Positions 43,359-57,394 of a stretch of 64,000 nucleotides of DNA are shown here, piece after piece. The notes beneath the pieces were generated by a model that had not been told where the DNA came from, did not search any database, and saw only the letters and a program-made list of their open reading frames with translations. Origin of the DNA: Marsupella aquatica (Eukaryota; Plantae; Marchantiophyta); assembly GCA_973895155.1 (NCBI GenBank), contig OZ316894.1, forward strand, positions 19,630,805 through 19,694,804, in the 5' to 3' direction. Within the stretch, counting starts at the first letter, position 1, and each line of letters opens with the position of its first letter. The position numbers and the translations under genes are program-made.

Positions 43359-46197
43359 ATGATGGTGGTTCATAGCTTGGGCGTTGAGCCCCTCTTTCGC
43401 TTGCGCGCTTTTTTCCGAGGCCCAAGTGCCGGTTCCTTGTTCAGGCAGAAGCAATGCGTTTGCATCAGCTCGACTCGAGTTCTTACCGAAGCAGCGAGCT
43501 CTTTGAAAGTGTTTGCTTCCAAGGTGGAAAATGGCTATGCGGAGCTTGAAAAGAAAAACCTGGCAGTGGCGGAGGCTGAAAGTCGTGGGGGCTTGAAATA
43601 CGAGGGAATTGTAGAAAAGGGCGAATGTAAAGTACGTTTGGATCAATGGCTGACGAGACAGCTGCCCCACGTGAGCAGAGCCCGAGTTCAGACCAGTATT
43701 CGGCATGGCTTGGCTCTCGTGAATGGCCTGCCTGCGAACAAGGTTCGACTGCGCTATCCTTCACATCCTGCTAGTCTTCGAGTTTGTAATTATTTCTGGC
43801 GAGTGCGAGGGGGGAACAATTGATGGAATTTAAACGGAAGGCCCCCAATCGAGCCATTTCATCAGGGTTTAGGGTTTAGAGTTTTGAGGAATGGACTTGC
43901 GACAGTGGAAAGATGGAATTCGGTGGCATGGGTATGCTGAAAAGGTGTTTGCGGAGCATTTTCTTTCGCATTGTACTCATCTTGTCGGTCCTCCAGGTGT
44001 CTTTTCCAGTGAAAGGAGGAGACCACGTGCAGTGCAAGTTAATCGGACCGACTCCATCTAGAGCTGAACCAGAAGATATAGCACTTGACATAGCGTACGA
44101 AGATGAGCATCTTCTAGTCATCAACAAGCCGGCTAATATGGTGAGCAAGAGCTTGCTGAATTCTGAGATTCGACCCCTGCCCGAGTGCAATTACAGTTAA
44201 AGTTCCGAAATTTGTATTGCCAGTTTCAATGAACAGAAGGTGCCTATTTTCTATTTTTGAATAGTTGAATGTAATGGCATCGCTCCTAGAGTTACCGAAA
44301 TGATCACACTCTGTCGTTGCAACTTATGGTGCTCATTGCTGGCACAGAATTGTCTTACCATTTGAAGAGTGCACGGTTTTCTGTGACAAGATTGTTTCCA
44401 CCTAACGTACTATGGCAAGGTCAGGACATTAGGTAGAGCCCTCAGGAGACACAGTAGTTTCGTGGCTCTTACATGACGGCACCTTGCGTTTCGCTTCTCA
44501 ATTTGTGTCTGGAATTATGTAGGTTGTTCACCCAGCTCCAGGGCATTCGGGTGGAACTCTAGTGAATGCATTGCTGCATCATTGCAGGCTCCCTTCAATG
44601 CGAATGGCAAGTGGGTCTTCCTCTCCAAAAGGCCTACTTGGTGGCGAAGAGGAGCAACTTCAAGACGAGGACGAGGACGAGGATTTGTTAGAAGATTACG
44701 ACGATGAAGAAGCTGCGTTGCAATTAGTCCATGAGGATTTGTGGTCTGGACCAGCACCAGTTATAAGACCTGGCATTGTCCATAGATTGGATAAGGGGAC
44801 AAGTGGACTCCTGGTCGTTGCAAAGGTATTCTGTCAACTTTGTTGAACAATGCCAAAGAGTTTAGTGGAGCTGAAACTTAATGAGTGCTTTTCACAAGAC
44901 GATTCATGATCTTTACCAGTAGGTTGACATTTCATTGGAGGATTTGGTGGCAGTGTGTCTTCTAGTGTCACAGCGTCATGAGGAGTTTCTTTTGGTCTGA
45001 TGGAGATCTCTTTGTCCGATGTGGTGGTATATCAGGATGACTACACCCATGAGCATCTCTGCAACCAGTTCAAAGCTCGAACTGTGCGAAGATCTTACCT
45101 AGCCATGACATGTGGACTGCCACCGCGAAGTATTGGTCGCGTGGATGCTCCGATTGGTCGTGATCCACGTGATAGAAAGCGCATGGCTGCATTTCCTTTT
45201 GCGTCATCCAATGCAAGAACACGTTCCGCTGCTAGTAGGTGAAATGACACCTTCTCCCCCTCAAATACATGTAATTTTTGCAAATAAGACTCGTTAGCAC
45301 CCATATTAGTGATTCCCTCCCTTCTCGTTCCGAACCACGCTTGGATGTGGTGCATTAATGCACCAAAAGAGGGTGGATCTATCATTACGAAGGTAACTCG
45401 GTTGTGATTTGCAGGTAAATATCGCGTTTTGGAGATTATAGCAGGGGGAGGATCTGCATTGGTGGAATGGAGATTAGAAACTGGACGCACTCATCAGGTT
45501 CAGTATATTGAAAATCTCTTTTAAAAGCCATCTAAATTAAAAAGATACCTATCAGAAACGTACTCACAAGGTTTAATATTTGCACTTATTATCGAGCACC
45601 TGAATGGGGTCTCCCGTTTTTGCTTGCTCCATTTTGAAAAAGTTTCTAATCTGGCTGTGAATTGCATGTAGGCAACAGTTTTTCCGTTTCTGAGATGAGC
45701 CAGCTTCCGTGGTTGTGGCCTGCAGATCAGAGTTCACGCTCAACATTTGGGCTATCCAGTACTTGGTGATGAGATTTATGGAGGTACAAAGGGTGCAGCC
45801 ATATCACAATTGCTTCCGCGCTGTCCTTCCGGAAAACATGGAATTCTGAGGCATTTAGTGGCCAACATTGAGCGCCCATGCTTGCATGCGCAGACACTCG
45901 GGTATGCATTCATTGTTCAAATTTCAAATTAATTGTGTTTGAAGAGGAGTGATGATCGTGTATCAGGAGGTTTTGTTCATTCATCATTTCGAACACAACA
46001 TTGACTGAAACAGTCGAGACATCTCATTTTGGGTTTGTGCTTACAACTAAGTGATTGCTGGTTGTCACAGATTTACTCACCCTTGGACCGGGGATGACCA
46101 CAACTTTAGGTGTCCACCCCCTGATGATTTTGAAGAGATTTTGGAAGCCCTTCGTCAGTGTGGGTCCAAACCTGTGGAATCTTGGCACCCTACTTAA
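43359..46197 (+). CDS. RluA/RluD-family RNA pseudouridine synthase with S4 domain, probably organelle-targeted; about 471 aa
   Basis: Exons 43359-43742, 43997-44140, 44523-44825, 45036-45234, 45415-45497, 45726-45901, 46071-46197 sum to 1416 nt in frame. RLDQWL S4 motif, YEDEHLLVINKP, IVHRLDKGTSG (catalytic Asp), ETGRTHQIRVH, GDEIYG, LHAQTLGFTHP. Confidence 0.93.
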
Positions 46198-47454
46198 ATT
46201 AGGTTCTAGGTCTCGAAGCTGTCAACTTAAAACTGGCAACAGGAGTACAACAGGTTGCCGATCGAACTGTAAGAAGAGAACCCACGGCCAGATTTTACTC
46301 TGCTTCTGTGACAAATTGAATAGTGTGTAGATTGAAATGGCTTGAGAGTAAAAATTTGTGGTTGATATTTGCTGAACCTCTCTTCTTGCGATTGGAAATT
46401 GGATTGTATTACATGCGCCTGTGTAATCGTCATCTCTTTTCCTTTCAGCATGTCTACAAGAGAAGGTTGACGGGTTCCACAAATTCCCTTTCCGTCACTG
46501 AAGGAATTTGATGATCACATCAGATTGACTTCGAGATGTAAATTGATTTAAATATAAAAAGAGCTTGATGCTTGTCCTTTGGTATGTCTATTGACAAAGT
46601 TGTCTACACCCACATTTTCACCATCGTCAATAATATATGGAATGTGGAATCCCTCCAAAACGCAGCAATTTCAAATTCGTTTGCACTTTCGTCTCTAGCC
46701 TAGTACCACAGGTGACGAGCCATTGTGAAGAAGTTCACTCGTGCACTGAGAACCCTAGGGGTGCAAATTGAGAGGTCCTTTCATATGCCGTAAAAACGAG
46801 TTCTTCTGGAGCCAAATCAAGAGATCCTGTAAACCCAAGGTGAGAAGTCCACCCTACTCGTTATGTCATACATTGCTTGAAGGTAATGTAGTACTTTCAC
46901 AAGACATGACAGAAACTTTTGAAGCCCGCGAAGAAAGTGGACGCTAAGCAAACTCTGTAAAATGCGAGATCATGTGATATGTGAGGAGGAAATGAAAGTT
47001 GGGAGGCTTGTAGAATGAGAAAATATATGTTAAATACGCATGCTTTACTCTTACGGGTCCCCTTCTCCATAACTACAGAAGCGTCAAAGCCGAAACGTGT
47101 ATAAAACCTGCTCTTTATCAGTTGTCTCTGGTTTAATACGATTGCCAAAATGACCTTCGATCTTAGTATGGTGTATTGAGAACTAGCAATGGGCAGAAAT
47201 GTCATTTAGCAATTTAAGAATGTTGCGGCAAACAAATTTTAAAGAAGAGGGTAAGTGCATATGTTTCTATCTGAATGCTGGAAATTGATTAAAAAAATCA
47301 GTTTAGCTATCAATGTTCTTGCTACTGTCCTAGTCAGAATTTGGCTGGTTCCAGACGGGAGCAAAGATGTGACCAATGGTGCAAGCAAAGATGTCCTCCG
47401 ACCGCCACTGGAGGTTGTTAGGAAACTGCAGAACTCGACACTGTCAACTTTGAG

Positions 47455-47810
47455 TTCCTTTGCAATCAGCCACCTCTTGCAATATGTGGAACAATGAAAT
47501 TAGTAGTGTGGTCGAGGTACCACATTAACTAGCTCTCATCCAAAATGAGAAGAAGTTACCTCGAAACTGACGACCTTGAGTATGTTCGTAATCATCCACC
47601 TCTTGTAACATGTGAGCAATCAAATTCGTCGTGCAGCACAGGTATTGTCCAGGTCTCATCCAAGATACGAAGAACTTACCTTGAAACTCACAACTTTGGG
47701 TTTGTTTGCAATCAGCCATCGCTTGCCATGTGTGGAGCAATCAAATTAGCCGTGCAGAAGAGGTATTGCCCAGGTGTTATCCATGACCAGGATCAGAAGA
47801 ACTTAGACCC
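47455..47810. repeat. Three degenerate ~120-bp tandem units
   Basis: aatca(g/t)cca...caat(g/c)aaatt...aggta...atcca...gaagaa(g/c)tta recurs three times. Confidence 0.7.
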
Positions 47811-48674
47811 GTGAAAACAAGAGAGGAATTACCCAGGGATTAGACATAATTGACGATGCTTATTGTGCAACCGAGTGCTGCTCTCTACCGTTGTATCTCT
47901 ACGTGATCCTCAAGAGCCACCACGAACACACATTCGTTCGAGCAGAGCAGCTGGAGAACAGTCGTGCCCAATTGCCAATCACTGGCCTCGTTAGAAGCAC
48001 AGCCATATCCAGGCAAGAAAGTGGACAATCATGAACCTCCATCATCCGCACGTGGCAATCATGAGCTCATGGACCCACAAATTCATGAACTTCGAGGGCT
48101 AGAGGCTGAATATGTATGTGGTAGCTTGGTTCTCGATCTTCAATGGGAGGCATTTGGTTGATGGCCCCCCAAACCGAACTTTTCTCTCGAACAACCCCAT
48201 GAGGTTTTGGGTACCTCGATTTGAGATCTATCAAGGTCTATCAACAGTCCAGATCACTCAGGTAACAGTCCGGATCACTCAGGTTCCCATCAAGTAATAG
48301 TTTTCATTTTGGTGGTCCATCAAGCATATAGCTCTTGTCAATGGCAAAAATTTATTTTTCACTTGCTTCCAACTGTGGCTTAACCATCAAGCTCCTTTGA
48401 TGTGGAGGCAGAGAAAGGGACGTTTGTTTTCGCTTGGGCAAAAGAGACTAAACGACCGAGCTCGTCATGTAAAGACACCCTAAAGATGCCCCTAAACAGT
48501 TTTCTTTGTGTGGGGTTTGGGTGTGGGGGGGGGGGGGGGGGGGGAGGAGGGTTTCTCCCTATATGTTACTATTCTTGGCAAGGGCAAGGCAATTGGATTT
48601 AGGGCATCTAGTCAACCCCCTCCTCAGAATCAGCTGGTTCAAGTACTGTAAGCCTAAACGACATGGGGGGCTGC

Positions 48675-48772
48675 TGTACTAAACTGTGTCGTAAACTGTA
48701 CTAAACTGTGTCGTAAACTGTTTCAGAAACTGTACTAAACTGTACTAAACTGTAAACTGTTTCATAAACTGT
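48675..48772. repeat. Minisatellite built from AAACTGT units
   Basis: About nine aaactgt motifs with 0-5-nt linkers. Confidence 0.8.
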
Positions 48773-48942
48773 AAGCTGACAGGAACTACTTAGTTTCGGG
48801 ACCTAGTAGCCAGATTCTTCCTTATGCTGCAGACAGGAGCCAGTGTGTGAACATTGGGAAATCCTTAGCAAAAACCCTGTTGTCCAGCAACAAGACTGCA
48901 CACCACCAGTCCCAAGTGATTATTTGATGCTGCTAATGAAAA

Positions 48943-49088
48943 GGTGCTCTTGAGTTTCACTTTGATTTCCTCCCTCGACAAAGCATTAATGCAATGGGGA
49001 AATGCAGCAAATTGCAACCCTTAACTGGGCACCCCATGGCATTAATGCTTCATCGAGGGAGTAAATGAAAGTGAAGCTCAAGAGCACC
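48943..49088. other. Long inverted repeat (57-bp arms, 32-nt loop)
   Basis: 48943-48999 vs reverse complement of 49032-49088: 51 of 57 identical, no gaps. Confidence 0.85.
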
Positions 49089-50869
49089 CCCAAAAGTCTG
49101 GAAGCAAGTAAAAATGCGTGTTAGCAAATGAGAATTGCACACAGAATTATCACGAAGGAACAGACTATTGCCCATTGCCAGGCTGAAACCTATCTAATAA
49201 AGTATAATAAAAAAATTAGGAGAAAGAATTTACAGTCTAGAGTGAAAGAATTTACAGTCGATAGTGAAACATCTAGACTGTGACACTGGGGGCACAATTC
49301 TCGTACTGGAAATGGACACTATGATACTCAGTAATTATTTAGGCTAGTGGATATTGTCATGGTCAAATTACTCCTTGGCATAATGGTAGCTCACATGAGT
49401 TGCAACAAGGCGGTTGGGGCTTTGAATCACAGTTATGCCCAAGAATTTTGCACCAACCCCACCATTATCGATCTCACTGCCAAAGAACAAGAAGTGTCAA
49501 AGCTGGAGAAAGGATCCCAAAAGCAAGAGGCCCAACGTGGGATAAACCCAAGAAGACCAAAGAGACCCAAAAGCGCACGAGTCCTCAACAACTGCAACAC
49601 ACTCCACGTGGAGCACACCACGCCCATCTTTCAAGGCTCTGTCAAAGGCAGAAAGGGCCATGAACAGGAAATCAGCAAGGAGGACTCGACGCCCACTAAT
49701 GAGCCTCGAAATTGGCTTTTGTTGTGAATTGGTCCCCCTTTCCACTTTCCCACAAAAAAGAGCTTAGGTTCCATTTCTAGACATCAGTTTTATTCAGTCT
49801 CATCCTAGTTTTGGTTACTTGCCATAGCAATCAATCATGGTGGAATGAGGAGTGATAAGATGTGGAAATGACCTGGCAAGGAAAAGGCATTGCTAGTACT
49901 CCCACTACAGCACCATGTCATCTCTTCTCTAGCAGCTACAGTTGAGGCCAATCCTCGCTTTCCCAACTGATGAAGCCACTGACGGGAGTGGGTGGTTGAA
50001 GCAACAGTGAGATCTTGAAAATCGATCGAGGACTCTCAGACTCTGACCGCAAATTTCGTGGCAAGGAAAGTTATACAGTGTTTCGGCGTTTCCATTCCTC
50101 CTGAGTTACTTGTGTTCTACAAGGTACATTGCAAATATTCTGTTACGGCAAGAGCCTCACCGACGTGAATGGGAATTCAAGGCAAACACCAGGCCTTACA
50201 AGGAAAGTCTCTCGAGGCAAGGAAAGAAAAGCTTCACCGACAGTCACGGAGATTAATCACGATACTGGTGAACGGAATTCAATGCAAGAAACGCAGAATT
50301 GAATGAAATCTCTCGAGGTAAAGAGAGGAAAGCTTCACCGACAATCACGTAGATTAATGAAACTGTACACTGTCACCACTCACCACTCACCAAGAATGCC
50401 AATTGCCAAACCAGCCAGCCCAGAAATTCGGAATCTACGTGCTCAATCTACTGTAGAAATCTAGTCTAGCTTGGTGTGCATCCACGAGTACACCATCCGT
50501 GCCTCTGACTGTGCCATTTGACCTCGCAAGAAAGAGAGAGACAGAGAGCTATGAATGCCAATCAACGTACACGCACGGTGAATACATGCAAGAGTAGGAA
50601 GCTAGATTGACTGGCTACCCAGTACCCACGCTGTTTACTTGATGGACGGATGGGTCGATGGTGGATAATCATTGAAGGCTTTGAAACAAACTGCTCACGG
50701 TGCATCACACTGAGTCACTGCTCTCCCATAAGTCACTGCTCTCCCATACCAGGAATCCACCTACCATGATTGTTTAATTTGTTATGCTGCACAGTTTCTT
50801 GGCGAATAAAATATCATGCTCAGAACAAAGGTTTAAAGGCTGCTCAAATAAAAAACATAGTCCTTAAAA

Positions 50870-51591
50870 GAGCATCTCCAACACGGTTTATTGGGTTTGG
50901 TTACTGTGAGGATAAGGAATTAATACGTAGTCTGACAACACTCTGTGTTGTAGTTTACTTTATTGCCCTCCCGGTTAGGCACAAAAAATAAAAATTATTA
51001 TAATTTTGGGCCCACTGACGACATGTTGTGGGATACTTGTGAAACCTCCAAATAGTTTCATCGTCATGTTTTCAAAGTAGATAAACATTAAACTGAAATG
51101 AAAAATTGAAACACGAGAATAATATGTGGGGCTGCATTATGTCCTGAAAAACAATGAAAACAAGAGAATATTATTTGAGGCTAGCATTATCTCATGATCT
51201 GGCTTCCATTTCCAAAAAAAAACCAAAAACAAATCTCCTGATATAAAAAAGAAATCAATGTTTTTGCAGGCCCTGGGCAAACCTGGATGGCACTAAGGAT
51301 AGTGATGAGAGTCCTCGTTAAATGAGACTAGCCCCAACCCTTAGTATATAATGCTCCTTCCCACTCCACTCTAGAAATCAGCTTCACACTACCTTAGATT
51401 ACAGTGTTGTAAAGGAGCAACAAACCTAGTAGAAAGTCAAAAACTGTATATTGTCTCCCAAACTCTTATCCACTAACCAAAAAACTCAGTGCCTGAAAAA
51501 AATATGATAATATTAGAGTGAATGGATTGGACACCACCTTCTAGCAACACCCAGTTACAATAAGGCTTTCCATTAATGGGTGGAGATGCTC
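50870..51591. mobile_element. PIF/Harbinger (Tourist-like) non-autonomous element
   Basis: TIR gagcatctcca / tggagatgctc; flanks aaa / taa; a related fragment at about 57840-57945. Confidence 0.65.
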
Positions 51592-53047
51592 TAATAAGGC
51601 CCTATCTTTTCAAAATGACTTACCTGGCTTCATTAGGGGTGTTGCGAGGTATTCAATGTTCTTAGCTAAAACAACCAGGGCCCAAATGCAAATCTTTGGA
51701 CGCAGTATTTAGGTAGCAATGCATGCCACTTTGATTGAGCTCTGTCCCCAGATTCTAAACATCACCAAAACATCCCTGAGCCCACTTGCCAGCTGCAAAA
51801 AGTACTGCAGGAAACAGACTTGAGTTTCCTATGCAAATAGTCCCGCAGCAAAGTAATCATAATCTTTCACAATCCCTATCAATTTCCCAGTCCATACAGC
51901 TTCTTATGACGACTGCAACCCTAACAACAATCGCATCCTTACCCCGTGCATCATTTGGACAGCCCTCCATTTGGCCCTGCCACCAGTGCTGGGGATCCAG
52001 GAAGTCCTTTTTAAAGTTGGCCACCTGATGGGAGGCTTTGCACCGAAAACTCATCGGAAAATAGTTCTAGCCTTCCTTGTTATACCTTATTTGCAATTTC
52101 CAAAACCTTTGGGTTATGATTTTGAGCAAAGTGGCAAAGCCTAGCTTTTGGATGACTTAAAGCACGGTTATACCTTTACAGAAGGGGTCAACCTGCTAAG
52201 TCTTTCTCCAGGCTACTATGCTGAAAGGTTAGCCAAATGTGAGAGCAACTTTTTTATTGGCAATCCCCCTCCACTCGCTAGCATTCCTAATTGTGAGTTT
52301 CCAAAGCCACAAACACCCTAGCTCCCAAACAAAACCCACCCCTACTCTCCACCCTCCTCACTAGATGAGGACATGTGTTGCCACCCCCTTTTATTACCTC
52401 TCTGCATTGTACTTTGCCTCTTGCATATCGCCCCCCCCACCCCCTGCAATACAACCAACTCTACTGATCAGCCATTGTTTTTGTTTAGCCTTTTTTGGAA
52501 CTTGGATGAGTCCTCCATGGCCTCGTGCTGCTCGGAAATCCACTACCAAGAAGCTTGCTCACCAAAATCACAGACTCAGCTGGGTGCGGCAAGATTGCCA
52601 CACATCCTTAGGAATGGTCCCATGTGGTCACTACCCCTATATCCCGAGCCAGTCCAATTGGGCTATTGCCACAACATTGTTACTAATTGACTTACTTCTT
52701 AGCTATAATTAGTTTGGCATTACCAGGATTAGTTTTTTAACCCTTCATTTGTTAGAGATAAGATTCATTTAGACCCACAAAACTTAGTCCATGTGCAGGA
52801 CGAGGTTGGAAAGAGGGCATTCATTTCTTCATTTTTCACATGTATTCTCTTGTGCTATGGATCATTCACAAGATTATTCATCTTTGTGTCTGAGCTATGT
52901 TTTATTGTGAGATTTGAGTGCACTCTCATGTCACACATTCTTGCCACCAAGTGTGATCTGTGCAATTTATTACAAACATTGGATTGTGTACCTGCTCAAA
53001 CACCAAAAACAAAGCTAAGGAGAACATATTGGTGAAGTCATCAATTA

Positions 53048-54650
53048 TGAGGAACACATAAGGGATTAGTCACAAGGTCGAATGGTCACGGTCGCAGTGC
53101 AACACATCCAACTCTGGTGGAGATTTGGCGGATGGCCAGAAGATGATGTTAGTGAGATTCTTTCAAATCACAGAACGAGTATTAGTCGCAGAACTCAACT
53201 ACCTTAACACTTAGCTCCGGCGTCGGAGTCAGCGACGCCGAGATCCCTTATGGTCCAGGCCCGGATAGGCCATCCGGGGAGGACTTAGCATGGGGAGACT
53301 GGTGGACAATGAGACGTGGCACTAGCGAGGCAAGGAGCCAAGCTGGGGACACACACTAAGGACTTGGACTAGCTAAGAGCTGGTCGGGTCAAGGGGAAAC
53401 GGGCCGGGCTCAAGGACGACCGTCCGGACTTCCGGATGGACTTTGAGTTCTAAGGGCTTGAGTGAGAGCTCCTCTTGGGCCCAAGGCTAATGGAGTTGAC
53501 GCCATGGGCAACGGACGCTTGGGGCGCAAGTTATGGCCCGATCCAGGTTGGGCCGGTCGGGGGCCCCGAGCGACGGTGAGACCTGAGGGCCTAGGCATGA
53601 GCACTGGGTCAGCCCGATCACAATGGGCTAAGGCACTCCGCTTGCGGATGCCTAACGAGAAAGTTATGGGCATTGCCAGTTGGTGGCACCCCCATTATGC
53701 GCGATAGGATCCTGGTTGAGGGCCAAATATTTAGGGACCAAAGCTGGTCCGGGGGTGGCAGGTCTCCAGAAGCATATATGAGGGGAGTGGTGTCTCCTTG
53801 GGGGCTAAGGGCGAGCCGAAGTCGTGAGCTGCGACGGTCGCGACACTAAGGGAAACGGCGATATCTTCCCAACGGGAAGTCCGTTGGAGGACTTCTTGGG
53901 TGCGTTGGAAAGCTCAGCTGGGTCTAGGGGCACCATGGGTTCTTGGGGTTTGCGGGTGTTAACTCGCCCGCTTGCCAAATCCTGCTGAACAGCAGCCAAG
54001 CCGCGTTCAGTCTCCCAAGGGAGCTTGCGTTGGGGAGGCAAGGCCAAGTAGGTGTGGAGGTTGAGTCCCAATAGTGTTCGGCCCCTAGACCATCAGCAAG
54101 GCAAACCGGGAGTCGGTCGCTAGAGTCGGGGCCATTCTGGTCCCGGCGTGTTGGGACAAGCTTTAGGACAAGCTATGCTAGTTGGGCCATGAGCATGTCC
54201 TAGGGTCAGGGCGGTCAGTTGGTGATGGATAGGTACGAGGGGGAACCCGGGCCGCGCCCAAGGAAGGAGTTGTTCTGGACGAACAGTGGGCGTGGGTTCT
54301 AGTTCCGGCTTATGGCATTGGGAGGACCTATCACTGACCTATTTACCAATGTCTGTTGAGCTTGAGTTAGGATGCTAGACTTGGTGAGTTCTAGATCCTG
54401 AAGGGTTACTTACCGAGGTGCTTGGTTGCTTGTCAGACAGTGAGGACCGTTGAGTAGCGGTCGTGTTGGTGAGAAAGTGCGGCTTCGTATGGGAGGGGCC
54501 GCTGGAGGTGCAAGGGGCACAACGTTGCTTGCTCGAGGTATTCCGTGGAGGCATTCGGGCACCAAGGGCACTTAGGCGTGAGTGTTGGGATTGGTGAGGG
54601 CGCTAGGTGGCAAGGTTCACCACTGTATTCCACACTTGCTGGTGAGGACA
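53048..54650. mobile_element. Possible LTR-retrotransposon-derived GC-rich segment
   Basis: Abrupt GC-rich non-coding block with TATA-like catatatgagggg and ending gtgaggaca; no TSD found. Confidence 0.3.
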
Positions 54651-57058
54651 CCCTTAGATCCCTCCAATAGCATTGTTTTGGGCCAAAAGTACTTGTGGCT
54701 CAAACACCACAAGGACAAAAATATTTGATTCCTCTAGGTGGGACAACTTTCTTCTTTTTCTGAAATGAAAATGTGAAGAGATCCTTTTGGTGGGGATAAC
54801 GTTCAACCCTCCAGCAACTTTGTTAATGAATGGCCCAGCCTGGAGTTTTTGTTTGTTGGCAGTGTGATATATAAATGGACACAAACTAATGGCAATCACA
54901 TTATCTAACCCAAACTGAACTTTTTGCAAGATGATAATTTTATCTCGTTTGTCAATGAGTCAATCCAAGTTAACAATAATTGGATCTACGGTCAGAATTT
55001 GGCCACTACATTTACCATGGATGGCCAAGATCAACATCTACCACTCTCAACGTCCCAGGTTTCAGTTCTGTCAACCAAAGTCAACCTTAGTTAATGCCAT
55101 CAATTTTGGGGCCAACTCAAGTAAACTTGTAACGATAGAGTGATAATGCGGAAGGGCCAATTCAGGAGGACTTATCTTGGCCGTTCACAGAGATTAAATC
55201 TTGATTGTAAATCCAACAACGGTCAACCTAGGTTGACTTCAGTTAAAAGAGTGACATTCTTGTCACTAAAATGAAAAGTGTGCCATATTAGTAATATTTT
55301 GGTAATGAGTAACAAATCCCCTCAACTAGGATTGTGCTCGTCTCGCATCGCATTTCCCCTGCACTAAGGGACCCACTTGTTCAGGTCAAGGTTGGAATTA
55401 TTACATGTGGCTCTCTTCTTTGGATCACCCTCATCACATCATTGCTTTCTGGAGGATTGGACAGTTCCCTTTTCCACCTAGGGTCTCAAAACGAATCATA
55501 GGGAACAGTATAAACCAGGAAATAAAGGATGTTTTCAAAAGTTTGGAAAATATATTTCTTTCTGCCCTTTCCCCTCTTTTCCTCCGTTGCTTTGGCTTTG
55601 GATCTTGTCTCCCGGTTTGGCATTTTTGCCCTTGGGCACTGTGTTATATATTTCTGCCTCTTTTGGGGAATGAAACTTTTCCATGTTCCAAACAAAGGTG
55701 ATATAGCAGAGCCAGACGTAGTAACCCACTTTTTGATTTCTAAAGGTAGCCAGAAAGCCTCGATAGCAACACCAACGTGGATCACGAGATCTATGGCGCC
55801 CATCTCTATCTTTTTCAATTTCTTACTATTCTCTTTTCATTTGTACCTACAAGCTAGGTTTGGGGAGGACATCTAATTAGTGTGAGTGGGACATTAGTGA
55901 TACTAACAATATTAGGAGTATAAGGTTTTCATTCGGAACCTGGCCCCCACATTTTCATTGGGCTAGAAAGTATTGTTAAAAATGCATGAATATTTTTTAT
56001 TGAAGAGGTAGTAGAAATTCATGATTGTTAGTCGAAAATTTGACTAGCCTTAATGAGTGTGAGTTTAGGGGTTAGGATAACACTAACTGCAGTGAACAAT
56101 GAAGACATGTAATACATGTATACACCAGACTCCCAAAGAACAAAAAGCGAGAGGTTATCCCAAAGGCACTAGACCCAAGAAAGGGTGGAAACCAGGGAAC
56201 AACCAGGAAGACCAAAGTGCTAAAAGTTTTCAAAGTCCATAGCCTTCTCAACCAAAGACGATGCATGCGCCCTGTGAGTTTTGGTTGTCACCACCTGATG
56301 CAAACTTGTATGCCTGGTAACGAATCTAAAAAGCCATCATCTGGAGTCCAGATGCATGCACCAATTGCGTTTGTTTGAGTGGTCACCACCAGGGACAGGA
56401 CGGTCTCAAAGCTATATATAAATGTACAGTAAATGGGAACAGTTCGTTAAAAAGTTTTTCCTTTTCCTTTGGTTCATGACTACCTTCTAGAATAAAAGCC
56501 TTCAGAATCACTGGAAAGAGAATTCCTGTCTTCTTCATAGGTAATGCAGTTCAATGGGCAGACAACAGTGGATCCATGTCTATTATGTGACTGTCTTCTT
56601 CCTAGACTGACCAGTTGACCCAACAAAGGAGTTCTGTAGATTGTCAGCAAAGGTATTTCTGCTATTCAAGGATCGCTTTGAATTCCAAACTTATCTCTGT
56701 CCGTTTTGGGTGGCTCTGTGGCTCACTTGCTATGTCGTTAGTCTTATCTCGAGCGAGCATTAGGCTCTACGGCCACTTATTCTATTCACCATACCAGTAG
56801 GCCTAACCAACATTGGTTTTATCTACTTGGTACCCTTGTTTGACACTTTACTGCTTAGTACAGTGTTTAATTTCAAGGCAGCAAAGGACCCTCAGGAATT
56901 TTTTAGTCTCTGCTGTGTGAAAGAGAGCCCAAGCTACACACAGTAGTTGTGAGACTGCCCAATCTATTGTCCTGAGGGTTGGCTTGCAGGCAGCCCTTTC
57001 TTGTGTGGTCCTAATCTGATCTCTTGGCATCATATTATAGACTGAGAATTCCATGTTT

Positions 57059-57394
57059 TTTTTTGTTTTTTTTGTCTTGAACGGAAATGGGGAGGAAATA
57101 CAATTAGACTCCCCCCACCCCAATGTGACAGTTTTTCTGTAGGGAACCCAGACCAGGGTGGGCCCTAACGGATCCAAAAGGGACCCGCACTAGGAAGGAG
57201 AGAGGATTACATCAAGGCCACATAGTGGGCAACCAGGGGCCGAGCAGATAATCAGAATTCCAATCCATTACCCACAAAACCCATCCCACCCACACACATA
57301 TACCTTCCACACTGGGGTGTGGAGGAGGGATTGAACCTGGGACCTCTCAATTCCAGGCAAATCCCCTAGCCAATTGACCTAAGCCAATTGGTTT
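57059..57394 (-). mobile_element. Full-length tRNA-derived SINE
   Basis: On - strand: A-box-like tggcttaggtcaattgg, B-box ggttcaatcc, A-rich tail; 14-bp TSD agaattccatgttt at 57045-57058 and 57395-57408. Confidence 0.88.

Noticed and set aside
57310-57394. tRNA gene
   Set aside because: A/B boxes are present but no clean cloverleaf; the tail and TSD identify a SINE.
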